Shown here: positions 9,855 through 19,783 of the stretch, piece by piece
Position numbering within the stretch: the stretch's first letter is position 1
Layout of the letters: each line of letters starts with the position of its first letter
Assembly (NCBI GenBank): GCA_947581645.1
Contig: CANPVF010000159.1
Coordinates: 2,904 to 66,903, forward strand
Source of the DNA: Candidatus Caribbeanibacter nitroreducens
GTDB lineage: Bacteria; Gemmatimonadota; Gemmatimonadetes; Palauibacterales; Palauibacteraceae
Reading direction: 5' to 3'
DNA length: 64,000 nt
Notes under the pieces: model-generated
Databases searched by the model: none
Told to the model about the DNA's origin: nothing
What the model saw: only the letters and a program-made list of their open reading frames with translations
Program-made: the position numbers and the translations under genes

Positions 9855-10115
9855 TCACGAGGTGCCCTTCACCGACCGTTCCTCGGCGGACCCCATGGAG
9901 CCGGAATCGCGGAACAGCTCGGTCAGCTCGCGCTCCGAGAGCGCCTCCAGGTCCCCGGCGTCGGCGATCCGGTCGTCCGGCACCTCGGTCACGCGATACG
10001 GTCGCTGGTCGGTGGTCTTGCAGAAGAACACGATCGTCGTCACGCCGGGCGCCTCCCGGTGCTCCCCGACGCGCACGACCCACGTGTCCCCGTCCGCCTC
10101 GATCTTCCGGGCCAT
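9855..10115 (-). CDS. Small hypothetical protein (86 aa)
   Basis: MARKIEADGDTWVVRVG... fills the gap between the regulator and PHP genes in the same orientation. Confidence 0.6.
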   Translation of the reverse strand: MARKIEADGDTWVVRVGEHREAPGVTTIVFFCKTTDQRPYRVTEVPDDRIADAGDLEALSERELTELFRDSGSMGSAEERSVKGTS

Positions 10116-10117
10116 CT

Positions 10118-10861
10118 CTACAGCTCCTCCACCACGATTGATTCGGCCAGCTTCTGGTCCAGCACGTGCGACTCCCCCTCCACGCGGACCGTGATCGGCC
10201 CGTCCAGGGGAGCCTCCGACTCCACGGTGACTTCCGTCCCGGGGAAGAGCCCCATGGAGGCCAGATACCGGAGGCGCTCGGAGTCGTCGTCCGCCACCTC
10301 GCGGACCACGACCCGGGCGCCGGACCCCAGGTCGCTCAGGGCCACCCCGGCCCGGTCCTCCATCTCCCCTTCCGACGTGGGGATCGGCGAGCCGTGCGGG
10401 TCGAAGTCGGGATCGCCCAGGGCGGCGGCCATCCGGTCCACCAGCTCGTCGGAGGCGGCGTGCTCCATGCGCTCCGCCTCCTCGTGCACGTTGTCCCACC
10501 GGTAGCCGAGCTTCTCGATCAGGTACAGCTCGATGACCCGGTGGCGACGTATGATGCGCAGGGCCGCCTGCTCTCCCCGGCGCGTGAGCCGGACCCCGTG
10601 ATAGGGGACGTGCTCCGCGTGCCCCTTCTCGGCCAGGCTCTTCACCATGTTGGTCACGGCGGCCGCCGAGCGGCCCAGCTCCTCCGCCAGGGCCGACGTC
10701 GACACGGTTCCGCCCGAGGGCGGCTGCAGCTTGTAGATCGCCTTCAGGTAGTCCTCGGCGGCACCGCTGGGCTCCTCGCCGTCCCCGTCGTCCGGGGCAC
10801 GGGCCGGCTCACCGTCCGCCGGGGCGGGACGATCGGCTGCGGAGGAATCTCCCGGGGGCAC
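10118..10861 (-). CDS. mntR: DtxR/MntR family metal-dependent repressor with C-terminal FeoA domain
   Basis: EDYLKAIY, RRHRVIELYL, EAERMEH, DPHGSPIP and FeoA-like LRYLASMGLFPG. Confidence 0.9.
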   Translation of the reverse strand: MPPGDSSAADRPAPADGEPARAPDDGDGEEPSGAAEDYLKAIYKLQPPSGGTVSTSALAEELGRSAAAVTNMVKSLAEKGHAEHVPYHGVRLTRRGEQAALRIIRRHRVIELYLIEKLGYRWDNVHEEAERMEHAASDELVDRMAAALGDPDFDPHGSPIPTSEGEMEDRAGVALSDLGSGARVVVREVADDDSERLRYLASMGLFPGTEVTVESEAPLDGPITVRVEGESHVLDQKLAESIVVEEL

Positions 10862-10908
10862 TCCGACCTCGCTGTCCGGCGGATTGGGGCTGACGGCCGA
10901 CGGCGCCG

Positions 10909-11979
10909 TCAGCGGGGTATGAACTCCGTGTCGGCGTCCAGCCGCACCAGGAACTCCGAGATCAGCTCGGCGGCGGCCTCGACGTCGTCCTCGGAGACCA
11001 TCTGGTTGGGGCTGTGCATGTACCGGTCCGGGATCGAGACGATGGCCGTGGCCACGCCGGCCCGGCTGGTGTAGATGGAGTCGGCGTCGGTCCCGGAGCT
11101 GGCGGGCTCGGCCAGGTACTGCACGTCGATCCCGGCCGCCTCCGCCGCCTCCCGCATCCGCTCCAGCATCACCGGGTTGACCACGGCCCCGCGGGTCAGG
11201 ACCGGCCCGTCCCCGAGTTCTACGTCACCGTGCTCCGTCTGGTCCACGCTCGGATGGTCGGTGGCGTGGGTGACGTCGACGACCACGGCCGCGTCGGGAT
11301 CGAGTCCGAAGGTGCTGGTGCTGGCTCCGCCCCCGGACTTGTAGCCGATCTCCTCCTGGGTCGTCGCCACGGAGACGGCGTGGCAGTCCGCCCCCTTCTG
11401 CTCCGCCCGCCGCAGGGCCTCGAGCACCGTCACCGCGCCGATGCGGTCGTCGATGGAGCGTGCGGCGAACCGGCCGTTCTCCAGGTGGATCGTGTCGGAG
11501 CGGATGACCGCCGTGTCGCCCAGGTCCACCATCTCCCGGGCCTCCTCGGCGCTCTCGGCGCCGATGTCCAGCCACAGCTCCTTCATCTTCACGGCCTTGT
11601 CCCGGTCGTCGCGCTCGATGAGATGGATGGCGCGACGGCCGATGACGCCGACCACCGGTCCGTTGCGCGTCAGGAGCTCCACTCTCTGCCCCACCAGGAC
11701 CTGCGGGTCCCAGCCTCCCACGGACTTCACCCACAGGTAGCCGTCGTCGTCGACGTGGTGCACCATGAGGCCGATCTCGTCGATATGGCCCGCCATCATC
11801 ACCGTGGGCGAGGCTCCCTCGCCGATGGACGCGAAGGTGTTGCCGTAGACGTCGGTCCACGTCCGCTCGGCGAAGCTCTCCGTCTCCTCGCGCCAGACGG
11901 CGGCCGCGTCCGTCTCGAAGCCGGACGGGCCGGGGGCGTCGAGGAGGCGTGTGAGAACGTCGCGCATGGCACTCTTCAT
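10909..11979 (-). CDS. M42 family (TET-like) aminopeptidase
   Basis: GPSGFE, GHIDEIG, SIDDRIG, QEEIG, VDVT, GTDAD and RYMHSP motifs. Confidence 0.92.
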   Translation of the reverse strand: MKSAMRDVLTRLLDAPGPSGFETDAAAVWREETESFAERTWTDVYGNTFASIGEGASPTVMMAGHIDEIGLMVHHVDDDGYLWVKSVGGWDPQVLVGQRVELLTRNGPVVGVIGRRAIHLIERDDRDKAVKMKELWLDIGAESAEEAREMVDLGDTAVIRSDTIHLENGRFAARSIDDRIGAVTVLEALRRAEQKGADCHAVSVATTQEEIGYKSGGGASTSTFGLDPDAAVVVDVTHATDHPSVDQTEHGDVELGDGPVLTRGAVVNPVMLERMREAAEAAGIDVQYLAEPASSGTDADSIYTSRAGVATAIVSIPDRYMHSPNQMVSEDDVEAAAELISEFLVRLDADTEFIPR

Positions 11980-12160
11980 GGGCTGCCCTCGAGAATCTGG
12001 AAACGGTGGTGTGGAGAGCGGCGGAGGTCGCGGCGGAGGGCCGTGGTCCATGCAGCTACACGTGAACTCATCAGAGGACCCGGCTCCCGCCTGCTCGTGC
12101 CGGGGAACCCGCCGATTCCGGCCGAGCGAGCGGCAAACGTACGGGGTCGAAAGGAGGTGG

Positions 12161-13012
12161 TCAACGAGCCGTGCGTCCCGAGGTGTCCGGGGCCCTGAAC
12201 AGGCTGTCCGGGAGCTCGGGATTGATCACCACGTCGTCGATCCGGAGCTGCTTGGTGGGCACGCGATCCTCGTTCTCGTAGTGGCGCGTGCCCACGTAGG
12301 TGATCGGCTCCTGGTCACGGAAGTCGCGCCACTGCATGCGGTTGCGGGTGTCGGAGCCCTCCGAGATGTAGTGGGCCTCCTCCGGGAAGGGGTCTTCGTC
12401 CAGGAAGTAGTAGAAGTAGCGGTCCCCGGGATGCTGTCCGATTTGCTCCCCGAAGGTGATCCGGACCTCCACTCCCCCCTGTCCGCGGGTGAGCAGCGGC
12501 GCCTCGCCGGCCTCGAAGCGCCGGGCCTCGGCGTTCACGCCGGGATCGCGGAGCTTGTAGGGCAGGCCGATCCAGTAGTAGACGTCCCGCCCCACGTACT
12601 CCGTCTCCTCGGCCGCCGGGTGATCCGGTGGCAGCGGGTGGTCGTTCAGCGTGGCCCAGCCGGTGTCCCCCGTGAAGGCCTGCACGTACAGCCCCTCCCC
12701 CTCCGGCCGCTCGATTCGGGACATGAACCCGTCCGGGGTCTTCCGGATCCCCACCATGCGGGGCCGGACCCAGTCCACGGTGCCCGTGGAGTCGTAGAGG
12801 GCCGTCGTGACGGTGTACCGGAGCGTGCGGACGGAGTCCCAGGCGGCCAGGCCGCCGGCGCGGTCGATCCAGGCGCCCAGCGTGGAGTCCGCCAGGCTGG
12901 CCGGGTTGGAGGCGCCGGCGCTCTCGCTTCCGCCGCCGGCACCGTCGCCGGCGCATCCGGGGACTCCGACGGCCAGTGCGCTTGCCAGGACGACGGCGAG
13001 TAGGGATCTCAT
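12161..13012 (-). CDS. Secreted or lipoprotein of unknown function
   Basis: Signal ending VGVPGC; AGGLAAW motif; beta-rich mature region with LPYKLRDPGV. Confidence 0.6.
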   Translation of the reverse strand: MRSLLAVVLASALAVGVPGCAGDGAGGGSESAGASNPASLADSTLGAWIDRAGGLAAWDSVRTLRYTVTTALYDSTGTVDWVRPRMVGIRKTPDGFMSRIERPEGEGLYVQAFTGDTGWATLNDHPLPPDHPAAEETEYVGRDVYYWIGLPYKLRDPGVNAEARRFEAGEAPLLTRGQGGVEVRITFGEQIGQHPGDRYFYYFLDEDPFPEEAHYISEGSDTRNRMQWRDFRDQEPITYVGTRHYENEDRVPTKQLRIDDVVINPELPDSLFRAPDTSGRTAR

Positions 13013-13169
13013 GCTGTGCCTCGATCCATTGAACGGTGCTCTCGACGGGCATCGGGGTACGACGGCTACAACATATACACTCGTCGGCGCGCGTCGCCCC
13101 CGTCGTTCGTCGCCGGCACCGCCGTCCGGCGTGAGACCGCTCATCACCCTGAAGCTCCGAGGAGACCAT

Positions 13170-15857
13170 ATGCCGCCCGACGCCACCAGCGAAGGAGGGA
13201 ACGGCCGCGAGTCCGGCGTCCGCGGCCGCCGGGGAGGTCGCCGACGCGGCGCCCCGGACGTCGGCCGGATCCTGAAGTGGGTCGGCGGGGTCCTGGCCGG
13301 CGTCGTGATCCTCTACCTGGGTGCGGCCCTGGCGCTCCGCACGCTGGTTCCGCCGGAGACGGTGGCGGCGTGGGCCGAGCCCCGCGCGGAGGCGGCGCTG
13401 AACCGCGACGTGGAGATCGGGGGCGCGGAGCTGGCCATCTTCCCGCACCTGGGCCTGGCGCTGGAGGACGTGACGGTGGGGAACCTGGCCGGGTTCCAGG
13501 GGCCGCCGCTGGCCCGGGCGGAGCGGGCCGAGCTCCGGGTCGCCCTGTGGCCGCTGGTCCGCGGCGACGTGGTCGTCGACGAGGCCGTGGCCCGCGGGCT
13601 CGACGTCCGGGTCCAGGTCGACGAGGACGGCGACACGAACTACGGGGACCTGCTGCCGGCGTCGGCGGAGCCGGATACGGTGGGCGCCGAACAGGGGCTC
13701 CCGGTCTCCCTCGCCGTCCGGTCGGTGGGCCTCGAGGGCTCCCGGCTGGAGTACCGCGACCGGCAGTCCGGACGCCTGTTCCTCCTGGACGACCTCCGAC
13801 TCCAGGGAAGCCTGGCCCGAGGAGAGGCGGGCTGGGAGCTGGAGACCGACGCGGCCGCCGATCGGGTGACGGCGACGCTGCCCTCCTTCCGGGACTCGCC
13901 GATGCGCCCCGGCGGGGCCACGCTCCGCCTCAGCATGCGGGCGGGGCCGGACTTCGGCTGGGTCGAGGTCGGAGAGGGGCGCCTGTCCGTCGGCGGGGTT
14001 CCCCTGTCCGTGACCGGGAGGGTGGACTCGATCACGGCCCCGGTGCGGCGGCTCTCCCTGGGCCTCGACGCCGACTCCCTGGACCTGGCCTCCCTGGCCG
14101 GCTCGGCGCCCGCGGGGGCGGTGCCCGACGCCGTCGAGTCGCTGGCCGGCACGGCCACCGTACAGATCGGCGTCACCGGGGAGCTGGGCGAGGGGAGCAC
14201 CCCGGAGGTGAGCGGCCAGATCCGGCTTCGGGGCGTCGGCGCCACCCTGGCGGAGCGGGGCCGGGTGGCCGAGGACGTCGGGGGCACCGTCCGTCTGCGC
14301 GGTGACACGCTGGCCCTCGAGGGGATGGAGGGCACGGTGCTGGGCGGCCCCTTCCGGATGTCGGGGGCCGTGGCGCTGGATTCGGCCCGGGCGTTCTCGG
14401 GCAGCGTGCAGTCCACGGTGTCGCTCTCGGCCCTCCGGGCGCCCGGCGCGGAGGCGGGTCCCACCGGGACCGTGGAGGCGTCCCTGGACCTGGCGGGCGA
14501 GGCGAGTCGGCCGGCGGCCACCTCCGCCGACGGCTCGGTCCTCCTCAGGGAGGTCGTGGTGCCCGCCGACTCGCCCCGGTCGCCGGTCCGGATCCCCCGG
14601 GGCGAGCTCAGCTTCGTGGACCGGGCGGTCACGTGGACCGATCTGACGGTGGCCGTCGGCGAGGACCGGATCACGACCACGGGGCGGCTGGACCGCTGGG
14701 GCGGCTTCCTGTCCGAGGACGCGGGCCTCCCGACGCTCCGGGGGCGGGCCGAGTCGGGGCGCCTGGACCTGGACCGGCTCCTCCCGAAGCCCGACGACTC
14801 GCCCACCTACGGCCAGCTCCTCTTCGTGCGCCTGGGCCGGGACAGCGTCGGAGGGCGGGCGACGGCCGACGTGGCCCGGGAGCTGGGCTACACCCGTCCA
14901 CCGACGCTGCCGGTGGCCGGCGAGCTGGAGGTGGCCGTGGACACCCTGCTCTTCGCCCCCTACCGGTTCGCGCCGATGACGGCCCGGCTGGAGTTCGGAC
15001 CGGACCTGATCCGGGTCTCCCGGGCGGAGCTCGGCGTCTTCGGGGGGACGCTGGCGATGACCCTGTCGGCCTCCCTGGGCGAGGCCGCACAGCAGCCCTT
15101 CTCGGCCACCCTCGAGGGGCGGGGACTCCGGGCGGCCGACTTCCTGGCCACCTCGTCGCCCATGGGGCGCCTGCTCACGGGGACGGCGAGCCTGGACCTG
15201 GAGGCCGCCGGGCGCCTGGACGGTGCGCTCCTCCCGGTGCGGGACTCCCTGGTGGGGAGCGGACGGTTCACCGTGGACGGGGGCGGGATGGCGCAGAACC
15301 CCGTGACGTCGGCCGTGGCCGACATGCTCACCTTCCCGGCGCTCCGGTCGCCGTCGGTGGAGCGTGTGGCCGTCCCGTTCCGGCTGGAGGGGACGCGTGT
15401 GCGATTCGACACCGCCCGGCTGGCGGCGCCGGTGGCGGGCGTGAGCTGGGCCGGATCCATGGACCTGGGTGGGAGCCTGGAGCTGGGGGCCAGCCTCGAG
15501 GTGCCCCGCTCCCGGGTGCCGGAGCTCAGCCTGAAGGGCGCCGGCCTGCCCGGCGAGCTCCTCTCACGGATCAGGCAGGGGGAGGGACCGCTCCAGCTGG
15601 GCCTCGGGGTCGGCGGCACGATCTCCTCCCCCCGGGTCGGGCTCGACACCGACGCCCTGCGCGCCCGGGCGGAGGAGGCGGCCCGAGGCGCCGCCCGTGA
15701 GGCGGTGGAGAAGAAGATCGACGAGGGGCGGAACGTCCTGGAGAAGCGGGCACGGGGGCTGCTGCAGCGCCTCACCGGCCCGCGGGACACGGCGGCGGCA
15801 TCCGACACCTCCGCCGCGCCGGACACGGCCGCGGCCGACACGACGGGGCTGCGCTGA
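13170..15857 (+). CDS. AsmA family protein (bridge-like lipid transfer)
   Basis: One N-terminal TM, then ALNRDVEIG...IFPHLGLALEDV...LWPLVRG typical of the AsmA N-terminus; long beta-rich body; GAGGAG RBS. Confidence 0.8.
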   Translation: MPPDATSEGGNGRESGVRGRRGGRRRGAPDVGRILKWVGGVLAGVVILYLGAALALRTLVPPETVAAWAEPRAEAALNRDVEIGGAELAIFPHLGLALEDVTVGNLAGFQGPPLARAERAELRVALWPLVRGDVVVDEAVARGLDVRVQVDEDGDTNYGDLLPASAEPDTVGAEQGLPVSLAVRSVGLEGSRLEYRDRQSGRLFLLDDLRLQGSLARGEAGWELETDAAADRVTATLPSFRDSPMRPGGATLRLSMRAGPDFGWVEVGEGRLSVGGVPLSVTGRVDSITAPVRRLSLGLDADSLDLASLAGSAPAGAVPDAVESLAGTATVQIGVTGELGEGSTPEVSGQIRLRGVGATLAERGRVAEDVGGTVRLRGDTLALEGMEGTVLGGPFRMSGAVALDSARAFSGSVQSTVSLSALRAPGAEAGPTGTVEASLDLAGEASRPAATSADGSVLLREVVVPADSPRSPVRIPRGELSFVDRAVTWTDLTVAVGEDRITTTGRLDRWGGFLSEDAGLPTLRGRAESGRLDLDRLLPKPDDSPTYGQLLFVRLGRDSVGGRATADVARELGYTRPPTLPVAGELEVAVDTLLFAPYRFAPMTARLEFGPDLIRVSRAELGVFGGTLAMTLSASLGEAAQQPFSATLEGRGLRAADFLATSSPMGRLLTGTASLDLEAAGRLDGALLPVRDSLVGSGRFTVDGGGMAQNPVTSAVADMLTFPALRSPSVERVAVPFRLEGTRVRFDTARLAAPVAGVSWAGSMDLGGSLELGASLEVPRSRVPELSLKGAGLPGELLSRIRQGEGPLQLGLGVGGTISSPRVGLDTDALRARAEEAARGAAREAVEKKIDEGRNVLEKRARGLLQRLTGPRDTAAASDTSAAPDTAAADTTGLR

Positions 15858-15903
15858 GGCGACCCGGAGCCGACGCCCCGCCGGCCGGGGGGGGGACCTC
15901 TCC

Positions 15904-16101
15904 CTACCGCTCCTGGCCGGCCAGCCCCAGGCTCTCCAGGATGTTCTCCATCAGGCACCACTTCGTGAAGGACGACTGCAGCAGGTTGACGCCCACGAAG
16001 GCGGTGAACAGGAACCACCACGGGCTCACCCACCACCCCAGCGCCAGGCTGGCCAGGACGAAGGTCCCCGCGATGGCGCGGATCCGGTAGTGCAGGCTCA
16101 T
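15904..16101 (-). CDS. DUF2892 / YgaP-like small membrane protein
   Basis: IRAIAG...FVGVNLLQSSFTKWCLMENIL; two TM segments and a conserved Cys. Confidence 0.85.
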   Translation of the reverse strand: MSLHYRIRAIAGTFVLASLALGWWVSPWWFLFTAFVGVNLLQSSFTKWCLMENILESLGLAGQER

Positions 16102-16157
16102 CGTCTCCTCCTCGTTCTCGGGTTCTCGTCGGCTCTACGTCGGTCGTCGGGCGTCGA

Positions 16158-16469
16158 TCAGCCGTCTCTGGGGCCGGTGGCCGCCGACCGCTCGACGCCC
16201 AGCTGGTAGGCGTGGATGGGGTGCCGGGCGTCCTCCAGGCCCGAGCACTCCGCCACCGCCTCCAGCAGCTCGTCCGCCCGCTCGTCCGGGACGACGGCCA
16301 CCACCATGGAGGAGGCGTAGGGGGCGCTCTTCCCGTACCACCCGGGCCCCGAGCCCGGGCGGTGCCCCTCGGCGTCCATCTCCGTGAACACCGGGACCTC
16401 GTGGTCGGCCAGGAGGCGCTGCACGCACCCCCGGTCCTCCTCCAGGTACATCAGCAGCACCATCTTCAT
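16158..16469 (-). CDS. PII-like (GlnB-fold) transporter-associated protein
   Basis: MKMVLLMY...FTEMDAEGH...W...SSMVVAVVPDE; 103 aa; start overlaps the RND stop. Confidence 0.7.
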   Translation of the reverse strand: MKMVLLMYLEEDRGCVQRLLADHEVPVFTEMDAEGHRPGSGPGWYGKSAPYASSMVVAVVPDERADELLEAVAECSGLEDARHPIHAYQLGVERSAATGPRDG

Positions 16470-19400
16470 GTCGCTTCTCCCGTTGCGGTCGCCCGGCCCC
16501 GGGACGGCGTGCCGGCGGGCTCGCCCGACGGCTCCCCGCCGTCCGGTCCTCCGTCGTCCTCCCGGTGGGCCAGGAAGTAGATGCTCGGCACGACGATCAG
16601 CGTGAGCGCCGTGGAGGCCACCGCGCCCGTGATCAGCGAGACCGCCAGCCCCTCGAAGATCGGATCGAAGAGGATCACGGCGGCGCCGATGATCACGGTG
16701 CCGGCGGTCAGTGCGATGGGGCGCGTCCGGACGGCGCCGGCCTCGATGACCGCCTTCTTCAGCGGCACGCCGGCGTCCAGCCGCACCTCCAGGTAGTCGA
16801 TGAGCAGGATGCCGTTGCGGACCATGATGCCCGCCAGCGCGATCATTCCGATCATGGAGGTGGCCGTGAAGAAGGCCCCGAAGGCCCAGTGGCCCGGGGC
16901 GATCCCGATCAGGGTGAGCGGGATGGCGGCCATCATCACCAGCGGCGTGGTCAGCGAGCCGAACCACCCCACGATGAGGGCGTAGATGAGCAGCAGCGCC
17001 CCGGCGAAGGCGATCCCCAGGTCCCGGAACACCTCGTAGGTGATCTGCCACTCCCCGTCCCACTTGACGGCGGGGACGTCCGTGGACTCGGGCTGGTCGG
17101 TGTACAGCTGCCGCAGGTCTCCCCCGCCGGGGACCTCGATCTGGGCCAGCTTCTCCCTCAGGTCCAGGATGGCGTAGACCGGGCTCTCCTCCTCGCCGGC
17201 CACGGCGGCCGTCACGTAGACGACGCGCCGCATGTTCTTCCGGTCGATCACCTGGGGCACGGTGTCCTCCACGGCGTGGACCAGCTCGCCCACCGGCACC
17301 AGGCCGCCGCCGCGGGAGGCCACCCGCAGGCCCGCCAGCCGGTCGGCGCCCGAGCGCTCCGCCTCGGAGAGCTGCACCCGGATCGGAACCGGGCTGCGGG
17401 CGTCCGGGGCCGAGAGGTGGGTGGGGGTGGAGCCGTGCAGGCCGATGCGCAGCGACTGCACCACCGCGGGCTTCGAGACCCCGGAGAGCGCGGCCTTCTC
17501 CTCGTCCACCCGGAAGCGGACTTCCCGCTGCGGCGCCGTCAGGGACCAGTCGACGTCCACGACGCCCGGCTGCTGCTCGAAGAGCTCCCGCACCCGCCGC
17601 GCCACCTGCCGCTGCTCGCCCGGGTCGTCGCCGTAGACCTCGGCCACCAGCGTGGCCCGGACCGGCGGCCCCGGCGGGACCTCGACGATCTTGGAGACCA
17701 CGCCCGAGTCGGCCCCGGCCAGGGCCTCCTTCACCACCGGACGGACCCGGCGGGCCACGTCGTGGCTCTGGGCCGACCGCTCGCCCTTGGGCACCAGGTT
17801 CACCTGCAGGTCGGCCACGTTGGGCCCCTGGCGCAGGTAGTAATGGCGAATCAGGCCGTTGAAGTTGAACGGTGCGGCCGTGCCGCCGTAGAGCTGCACG
17901 TCCTCCACCTCGGGCACCCGGCCCAGCGCCGCGTGCACCCGCGTCGCCAGGTTGGTGGTGGTCTCCAGCGACGTCCCCTCCGGCGTGTCCACCAGCACCT
18001 GCATCTCGTTCTTGTCGTCGAAGGGGAGCATCTTCACCGTCACGGCGCGGATGGCGAACAGCCCCACCGACCCCAGCAGGAGGAGGACGACGCCGCCGAG
18101 CATCCACTTGATGCGCGCCGGCTTCTCCAGGAGGGGATCCATGACCCGCCGGTAGAAGCGGTACATCCGCGTGTCCTCCAGGACGTACCCCTCCTCGCCG
18201 CCGGGGCCGCCGGCGCCCTCACCGCCGGAGGGCGCTCCGCCCGCGGCGCCCCCTTCCCCTCCCTCTTCTTCCTCCACTTCGCCGGGGAGGAGTCGGAAGG
18301 CGAGCCACGGGGCCCCCACCAGGGCGATGATCAGCGAGAACGTCATGGCCAGCGTGGACCCGATGGGCATGGGGCTCATGTACGGGCCCATGAGGCCGGA
18401 GACGAAGAGCATGGGGAGGACCGCGGCGATCACGGTGAGGGTGGCCAGGATGGTGGGATTCCCCACCTCGTCCACCGCCGCCCGCGCCGCCGCCATGAGC
18501 GGCCGGTCCTTCATCTTGAAGTGCCGGTACATGTTCTCGACGACGATGATGGAGTCGTCGATCACGATGCCGGTGACGAAGATCAGGGCGAAGAGCGTCA
18601 CCCGGTTCAGCGTGTAGCCGAAGATCCGGTACACGAAGAGGGTCAGGGCGAAGGTGATGGGCACGGCCATCATCACCACCACCGCGCTCCGCCACCCCAT
18701 GAACAGCGCCACCACCAGCCCCACGGCCAGGATCGCCATGAGCAGGTGGAGCCGCAGGGTGCTCACCTTCTCCCGGGCGGTCTCGCCGTAGTTGCGGGTG
18801 ACGTCGGCCCGGACCCCCTCGGGGATGACCTGCGCCTCCAGGTCCTCGACACGGTCCTCGAGCTGACGTCCGAGCTCGGTGGCGTCGGAGCCGCCGCGCT
18901 TGGACACCGCGAGGGTGACCATGGGCGACAGGTCGCCTCCGGCGGGCCCGCTGAAGGTGTAGCTGTCCACCTCCTCCGAGCCGTCGGTGACCGTGGCCAC
19001 GTCCCCCAGGCGGATCGCCTGTCCGTCGCGGACGTCGAGCACCACGCCCCGCACGTCGGCGGCGGAGCTGAGGAAGGGGCCGGCCTCGACCCGGATCACC
19101 CGGTTGCCCCGGGCGAAGCGTCCGGACTCCAGGTTCGTGTTCGCGGCCTCCAGGCGCCGGGCCACCAGCGCCGGGTCCACGCCGTAGGCGGCCATCCGGT
19201 CCGGGCTGAGCTCCACCTGGATGGCCCGGGAGAACCCACCGATCACCGACACGTCCCGCACGTTCTCGGTGGCCTTGAAGCTGGTGGCCACCTCCTCGCC
19301 CACCGCCCGCAGCTCCCGGTGGTCCAGGGAGTCGCTGGAGAGGGTGAGGGTGAAGAAGGGCACGTCGTCGATGGTGACGGTCTTGACCATGGGCGTCCGG

Positions 19401-19783
19401 AGCCCCTCGGGCATCCGGTCCATGTTCTTCATCAGGGTGCTGTACAGCCGCACCAGGCTCCGCTCCATGTCGGCGCCGACCTCGAAGCGCACCGTCATGA
19501 AGGCCATGCCCGGTGAGGCGTGGCTGTAGACGTACTTCACGCCCTCGATGCCGGCCACCACGTTCTCGGCCGGGATCAGGACCCGGTTCTCGATCTCGTG
19601 CGGCTCGTAGCCGGGCGTGGGCATGTACATGTCGGCCACGGGCACCACGATCTCGGGCTCCTCGCGGCTCGGCATGGTGAACACCGAGTACAGGCCGATG
19701 GCCAGCGCCGCCGCCAGGAGCAGCGGCGTCAGCTTCGAGGTGATCGAGCTCTCGGCCAGTCGGCCGGCGATTCCCGTCTTCAT
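16466..19783 (-). CDS. RND efflux permease (AcrB/AcrD/AcrF family)
   Basis: REEPEIVVP, GIVIDDSIIVVEN, GIMVRNGILL and RTRPIALT motifs; about 1100 aa. Confidence 0.95.
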   Translation of the reverse strand: MKTGIAGRLAESSITSKLTPLLLAAALAIGLYSVFTMPSREEPEIVVPVADMYMPTPGYEPHEIENRVLIPAENVVAGIEGVKYVYSHASPGMAFMTVRFEVGADMERSLVRLYSTLMKNMDRMPEGLRTPMVKTVTIDDVPFFTLTLSSDSLDHRELRAVGEEVATSFKATENVRDVSVIGGFSRAIQVELSPDRMAAYGVDPALVARRLEAANTNLESGRFARGNRVIRVEAGPFLSSAADVRGVVLDVRDGQAIRLGDVATVTDGSEEVDSYTFSGPAGGDLSPMVTLAVSKRGGSDATELGRQLEDRVEDLEAQVIPEGVRADVTRNYGETAREKVSTLRLHLLMAILAVGLVVALFMGWRSAVVVMMAVPITFALTLFVYRIFGYTLNRVTLFALIFVTGIVIDDSIIVVENMYRHFKMKDRPLMAAARAAVDEVGNPTILATLTVIAAVLPMLFVSGLMGPYMSPMPIGSTLAMTFSLIIALVGAPWLAFRLLPGEVEEEEGGEGGAAGGAPSGGEGAGGPGGEEGYVLEDTRMYRFYRRVMDPLLEKPARIKWMLGGVVLLLLGSVGLFAIRAVTVKMLPFDDKNEMQVLVDTPEGTSLETTTNLATRVHAALGRVPEVEDVQLYGGTAAPFNFNGLIRHYYLRQGPNVADLQVNLVPKGERSAQSHDVARRVRPVVKEALAGADSGVVSKIVEVPPGPPVRATLVAEVYGDDPGEQRQVARRVRELFEQQPGVVDVDWSLTAPQREVRFRVDEEKAALSGVSKPAVVQSLRIGLHGSTPTHLSAPDARSPVPIRVQLSEAERSGADRLAGLRVASRGGGLVPVGELVHAVEDTVPQVIDRKNMRRVVYVTAAVAGEEESPVYAILDLREKLAQIEVPGGGDLRQLYTDQPESTDVPAVKWDGEWQITYEVFRDLGIAFAGALLLIYALIVGWFGSLTTPLVMMAAIPLTLIGIAPGHWAFGAFFTATSMIGMIALAGIMVRNGILLIDYLEVRLDAGVPLKKAVIEAGAVRTRPIALTAGTVIIGAAVILFDPIFEGLAVSLITGAVASTALTLIVVPSIYFLAHREDDGGPDGGEPSGEPAGTPSRGRATATGEAT

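Noticed and set aside
16565..19516. 983-aa plus-strand ORF, and similar long ORFs at 1452, 22634, 35227, 41023, 45402 and 55459
   Set aside because: Antisense or off-frame shadows of well-supported genes, expected in very GC-rich DNA; no recognisable motifs.
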